A DNA stretch of 64,000 nt. Source: Actinomycetota bacterium. Lineage in GTDB: Bacteria; Actinomycetota; CADDZG01; JAHWKV01. Shown here piece by piece: positions 59,568 through 64,000 of this stretch. The stretch is taken from assembly GCA_030447305.1 (NCBI GenBank), contig JAUJPC010000001.1, positions 114,459 to 178,458 on the forward strand. Direction: 5' to 3'. Positions within the stretch are counted from its first letter, which is position 1. Every line of letters begins with the position of its first letter. The position numbers and the translations under genes are program-made. The notes under the pieces are model-generated. The model was not told where the DNA came from and ran no database searches. It saw only the letters and a program-made list of their open reading frames with translations.

Positions 59568-61631
59568 CTAGTTTTCGGACTGCAGCGAGGTGATGCGAAT
59601 CGGCTGCGGCGGGCCCGGCGGCTCCCTCGGTTCAAAGATATCCACCGGTTCGTCGATGAAGGGGTCGGCTTCGGCAGGCTTAGGCTCGGGGGGAGAGGGC
59701 GCAACGTTCAGTGCATCAAACTGCGCTACCCGGGCTCTGTACCGGGGGTCCTCCATTCCATAGAGGGTTTCGGTGATCCTCACCGACCTCTCCATCCGGA
59801 TCTTTGCGCCGGTGTGGTCGCCGACCACCTGCAACAGGGAGGCCAGGCTTGCCAGCCGGGCTGCGACCTTGGGATGCTCGGCCCCGTAGGACGACTCCTC
59901 GATTGCCAGAGCCCGCTCGATAAGGGGCCGGGCGGCGAACGGGTCTCCCAGGTCCCGAAGCACGCTGGCCAGGTTGGCCATCCGGGTGGCGACCTTGGGG
60001 TTGTCCGATCCCAGGGTCGCCTGCGTGATCGCCAGAGCTCTTTCAAGGCACGTCTTTGCGCCGAACAGGTCCCGCTGAGCCCGCAGAACGCTCCCCAGAT
60101 TGTTCAGCCGCGTCGCAACTCGAGGATGGTCGGCCCCGTAGGCCTTCTGGTCGATGGCCAGTGCCCGCTCCAACGCTTTCTTGGCAGCCGCCAGGTCGCC
60201 CTGAGCCCTGAGCACCCCCGCCAGGCTGTTCAGATCCGTGCTGAGCGTCGGATGATTGCCGCCCAGGGCCTGCTCGTGAATCTCCAGAGCGCGCGACAGG
60301 CAGCTCCTGGCTCCTTCCAGCTCCCCGAGCTCGTGCAGCACGCCTCCCAGATCGCTCAGGTCGTGCGCAAGAGCCGGATCATCTGCTCCCAATATCGACT
60401 CGTTGATCCGGATGGCCCTCTCCAGCGCCTGCCTGGCCCCGTGGAGGTCCCCCATGTCACGCAGGACACCGCCGAGGCCGCTCAGGTCTGACCCCACCGA
60501 CCGGGCATCGGGTCCGTGGGCCGCTTCGTCGGCCGCCAAGGCCTTCTCGAACAGATCACGGGCTCCGGAGAGGTCGCCCAGGTCCCCCAGCAGCCGGCCC
60601 TGATTGTTGAGATCCTCACCGCTGGCGGCGGGAACAGACTCCGATGGAGCTTCGGAGTCCGCCGTTGGAAACAGCTCCTCGATTCCGTCGTCCGGCAGGT
60701 CCTCCTCATCTTCGGTTGACCCGACTGGCTGCAGTAGGTCCTCGTCTGCGGGGTCGTCCGGTTCGGAGCTTGAAGGCTGAGGGTGGAAGAACAGGTCATC
60801 AAGATCGTCCGAGGTCACGTTGTCCTCACTAGGCGCCGGTGGCTCCTCGGACGGCTGCTCGGCCCCCCACGCATCGGCCGGTTCGGTCAGCACGTTGAAC
60901 GGCTGAGTTTCCACCATTGAGATCACCGCAGCAGCCGCCGGCTCCTCGGGCCTGGCGGTTTCTTGCGGTTCCGGTGCCCGCGGCGCCGGTGCCGCGGGAG
61001 CCTGCTGCGCCGGTGCCGCGGCCGCCAGGTTGAGGGTCTGGGAGGGCAGTCCGGCTATCACGCTGTTGGCGTAGGAAGCTGCCGGTTTCCATCGCCCGGG
61101 CTCCGGTTTGTGCTGGACTGCGGAGAGGTCGGAGGGCGTAAGACCCAGGCCGGCCAGCACCTGCCTCAAGGTTGGGTGGGCCGGCTCGGAGTTTTGTGCT
61201 GCAAGAGCGGACTCCAGCAGCGAGGGGTCTACGGAAACCTCACGGAGCTCGGTGAGCACCCGGTAGAGGTTCCCGAGGTCCGCCGCCGATCGGGGATGGG
61301 AGGGCCCGTACAGGGCGTCGTCGATGGCGATGGCGCGCTTGTAGTACGCCTTGGCGGCTTCGAAGTCGCCCAAGTGCTCCATGGCGCCGCCGAGGTTGGT
61401 TAGGTCGGTGGCCACTTCGGGATGCTCAGGCCCGAGAATGCCCTCGTGGATGGCGAGCGCGCGCTCGAAGGTCGCTCGGGCTTCATGCAGCCGGCCGAGC
61501 CCCTGCAGGACCAGCCCGAGCTTATTCAGGTCGGTGGCGACCTGCTGGGAATAGGGGCCGTAGGTGACTTCGTCTATGGCGAGACTTTGCTCGAGGGCGC
61601 CGATCACCACGGTGTCGAAGTTGCTCATCAT
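59568..61631 (-). CDS. Tetratricopeptide-repeat protein (kinesin-light-chain-type 42-aa repeats)
   Basis: Repeated ERALAI..G..HP.VA..L.NL blocks split by an acidic Pro-rich linker. Confidence 0.85.
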   Translation of the reverse strand: MMSNFDTVVIGALEQSLAIDEVTYGPYSQQVATDLNKLGLVLQGLGRLHEARATFERALAIHEGILGPEHPEVATDLTNLGGAMEHLGDFEAAKAYYKRAIAIDDALYGPSHPRSAADLGNLYRVLTELREVSVDPSLLESALAAQNSEPAHPTLRQVLAGLGLTPSDLSAVQHKPEPGRWKPAASYANSVIAGLPSQTLNLAAAAPAQQAPAAPAPRAPEPQETARPEEPAAAAVISMVETQPFNVLTEPADAWGAEQPSEEPPAPSEDNVTSDDLDDLFFHPQPSSSEPDDPADEDLLQPVGSTEDEEDLPDDGIEELFPTADSEAPSESVPAASGEDLNNQGRLLGDLGDLSGARDLFEKALAADEAAHGPDARSVGSDLSGLGGVLRDMGDLHGARQALERAIRINESILGADDPALAHDLSDLGGVLHELGELEGARSCLSRALEIHEQALGGNHPTLSTDLNSLAGVLRAQGDLAAAKKALERALAIDQKAYGADHPRVATRLNNLGSVLRAQRDLFGAKTCLERALAITQATLGSDNPKVATRMANLASVLRDLGDPFAARPLIERALAIEESSYGAEHPKVAARLASLASLLQVVGDHTGAKIRMERSVRITETLYGMEDPRYRARVAQFDALNVAPSPPEPKPAEADPFIDEPVDIFEPREPPGPPQPIRITSLQSEN

Positions 61632-61799
61632 GTCGAGTAGACCACGGAAATGGCTCTTGCCGCTACCCTGGCAACGCTCGTTGCCAGGCGTCACGCCGCC
61701 CGCAGACCCGCTCCGCATCGCCTCGGCGGCTATTTGAGTCCTATAATCGCGGTTACAAGTGTGCTCCGGCGAGCACTGAGCCCAATTTCCTGGGGACGA

Positions 61800-62564
61800 A
61801 TGAGTCAGCACACCATCGGTCAGTTGCTGAATGATTCGAGAGAAGCCAGTCGGGCTTCATTGTATCAAGCGTCGCAGGATACGAAGATTCGGGTCGACTT
61901 CCTGGAAGCCATGGAAAACGACGACTTCGAGTTCGTGTCCGGCGGCCTTTACGTGCGCGGGATGCTTCGTTCCTACGTCCGCTGGCTCGGGCTGCCGGAG
62001 GACCGGGTTCTGGCTGAGTTCGACCGGCTTTACAACGTCAAGGCCCAGACTCCGCTCACCGAGATGATAAACAAGCCCACCGACGTCGGGCCGAAGCCGC
62101 GCAAGCCGCAGTGGCTCATTGCTGCGGTGTCGGCTGCCTGCCTGCTGCTGATCTTCTCCCTGGTCGGCCTGATGAACCCCTCGACCAACGTTGCGACTCC
62201 GCCGGCGAGCCCCGAGGACGAGCAGGAGACGCAAACGGCGGCGCAGCCTCCGGCGTCACCGGACACCATTGCTCAAGCGCCTGCAGCTCCGGCGGAGGGG
62301 GTGAACTTAACCGTCACCGTGGTGGGGGATAAGTCGTGGATGGAGGCGCATGCCGACGGCACCGAGCCTCCGGTTTTCACCGGAACCAAGTTCTCCGGTG
62401 AGGTCCTGACCTTGACGGCTGATGAGAGTCTGAAGATCGTCATCGGAAATGCGGGAGCGGTACGGGTCAACGTAAACGGCCGGGACCTCGGTCCGCCGGG
62501 CCAGAACGGAGCCGTCGGCACGTTCGTCTTCACGCCCGAGTCAACGAACTTCGTCGGGGGTTAA
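61800..62564 (+). CDS. rodZ: RodZ-like HTH/DUF4115 protein
   Basis: TKIRVDFLEAMEND..YVRGML, TM helix, IGNAGAV. Confidence 0.85.
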   Translation: MSQHTIGQLLNDSREASRASLYQASQDTKIRVDFLEAMENDDFEFVSGGLYVRGMLRSYVRWLGLPEDRVLAEFDRLYNVKAQTPLTEMINKPTDVGPKPRKPQWLIAAVSAACLLLIFSLVGLMNPSTNVATPPASPEDEQETQTAAQPPASPDTIAQAPAAPAEGVNLTVTVVGDKSWMEAHADGTEPPVFTGTKFSGEVLTLTADESLKIVIGNAGAVRVNVNGRDLGPPGQNGAVGTFVFTPESTNFVGG

Positions 62565-62661
62565 GACCGCTGCGGTGAAAAAAACGGGGCCTTCTGCCAA
62601 ACTTATCCTTCAGGCGTACCGGTTTCCGACCGATTAAGAGGAATCCGGACGAGGGGGTACT

Positions 62662-63171
62662 TTGAGCACTGCCGAACCGCTTTCCAAGCCGATGACCGTG
62701 GCCGTCGGCTACCGATTCTCTTTGAGGGCATTCATCAAGGCGACACATGCTGCATGGAGATCCCAAACGATCTTTCAGGCACTGGCCGCCATGCTGGTCC
62801 TGCTTGTACTCTCGTCGCTGTTTGTGGTCGGCTTGGGAGCCAGGCTCCAGGACCAGTTCCCGGTGCTGCTCTACGCGTTGGTGGCTGTGGCGTTCTACTA
62901 CGTGTATCCCACGATCGCTTTCGCCAGAGACCCGCGGCACCGCATGGCGCAGTTCTTCGAGTTCACCAAGGATGCCTTGCGGTACCGCCGCGGTGACACC
63001 GAGGCGACGCTGCCTTGGTCGGCTCTGAAGGCAGCGGTGGAGAGCAACGATTTCTATGTGCTGGATCTGCCGCAAAGACAGAAGGTGGCGGTGCCTAAAT
63101 CCGCTTTTGCGCCCGGGGAGGAGCAGCGTTTCCGCCTCCTGGCCGCAACTCAAGGAGTCCAGATCCACTAA
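62662..63171 (+). CDS. YcxB-like membrane protein
   Basis: Two TMs followed by LPWSAL..ES..VPKSAF. Confidence 0.7.
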   Translation: MSTAEPLSKPMTVAVGYRFSLRAFIKATHAAWRSQTIFQALAAMLVLLVLSSLFVVGLGARLQDQFPVLLYALVAVAFYYVYPTIAFARDPRHRMAQFFEFTKDALRYRRGDTEATLPWSALKAAVESNDFYVLDLPQRQKVAVPKSAFAPGEEQRFRLLAATQGVQIH

Positions 63172-63186
63172 GTAACACCTCTATTG

Positions 63187-63220
63187 AAAAAAGGGGGCCT
63201 CCGTTTCGGAGGCCTTTTTT
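63187..63220. terminator. Bidirectional intrinsic terminator
   Basis: A-run, GGCCTCCG-TTT-CGGAGGCC, T-run between convergent genes. Confidence 0.85.
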
Positions 63221-63249
63221 CGCCGGGGGCCCCTGTGTGCTTTGGGAAC

Positions 63250-63530
63250 TTACTTGCCGGCTCGTGCCGCGTTTGCGGCAAAGACGTCCCTGCTGTACCC
63301 CGCCAGCCCTGGCGCTATGGCGTCGTAGTGAGCCTTGAACCGGGGGTCCTCCACGTACATCCGTCCCAGCCCCCGATGGATTTCATAGCTGCAGTCGTAG
63401 AACCACTTCGTGATGTGAGCTCGGTGCTCTTGAGCGAGATCCATGGCCTCGGGAGCATCGGCCGGAAGGCCGTTGTTCATAGCCTCCACAAACCTGCGCT
63501 CCAGGTCGGCGCCTTCCTCGGACCCTTTCA
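63250..63530 (-). pseudogene. TipAS antibiotic-recognition domain fragment without a MerR HTH
   Basis: EHRAHITKWFYDCSYEIHRGLGRMYVEDPRFKAHYD..PGLA. Confidence 0.7.
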
Positions 63531-63865
63531 GAGTAGACCCTTACGCTACGTCAGGGTCAAGCGCCCAAGGGATGGATTCTTGTTTGGAAAGCTAGAGGGT
63601 CGGTAATCACCCTCACCAGACGCTACAGGAGTACGGATGAACGGGATCACAGGAGGAACGGGATGAGGCGGCGCACGGTGATTCGGCCCGTCGGCGGAGG
63701 TAGAGGATGTATGGGGATGATCGTCTTCTCGATCCTCGCATCGGTGATACTCACGGTGGTGGTGAATCTCCTTCTCGCTCTGGCCCGCCAGTAGCCGGGG
63801 AAGATCACCGGACGGCGGCGTACCCTGCTACCGTTACGCCGCACGTATCAATCGATAGGAAACAC

Positions 63866-64000
63866 GTGAACCCGGCAAATATCGTCACCTGGGCTCGAAT
63901 CGCCCTTATCCCGGTTTTTGTCTACCTGATGTACCAGGCAGGGTCGGCCCGCCGAATATCAGCTGAGCTTTGGCTTGCCGTGGTGGTTTACCTGGTTGCG
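63866..64000 (+). CDS. pgsA: CDP-diacylglycerol--glycerol-3-phosphate phosphatidyltransferase, partial
   Basis: MNPANIVTWARIALIP; expected position after rodZ. Confidence 0.8.
   Translation, partial: MNPANIVTWARIALIPVFVYLMYQAGSARRISAELWLAVVVYLVA

Overview
GC-rich chromosomal segment, most likely from an Actinomycetota bacterium. The evidence is gene order (mec-cysO-cysM-murI-rph-rdgB; rimP-nusA-infB-rbfA-truB-ribF-rpsO-pnp-M16-dapB-dapA-rnj-ftsK-rodZ-pgsA) and an F420-type PPOX gene. Bases 1-14.4 kb are an integron. intI (13352-14406, minus) points toward its cassette array, attI carries two 11-bp direct repeats, and about 13 attC sites flank cassettes including two HEPN proteins, HicBA, VOC, PPOX and small unknowns. 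Two unrelated IS110-family elements sit exactly in the opposite core boxes of attC sites. The non-coding end of each contains short segments matching the attC target and its own circle junction, consistent with attC-programmed bridge/seek RNAs. An IS21 has inserted into the predicted donor-binding loop of the first element. The rest of the window has two UGA-recoded selenoproteins with SECIS-like hairpins: SelD, coupled to mec-cysO-cysM, and GrdB, in an incomplete variant grdE-grdB-grdC cluster. It also has three tRNAs, pntAB, mazEF and housekeeping genes. Several single-base frameshifts (intI, ABC-F, grdC) look like sequencing indels.
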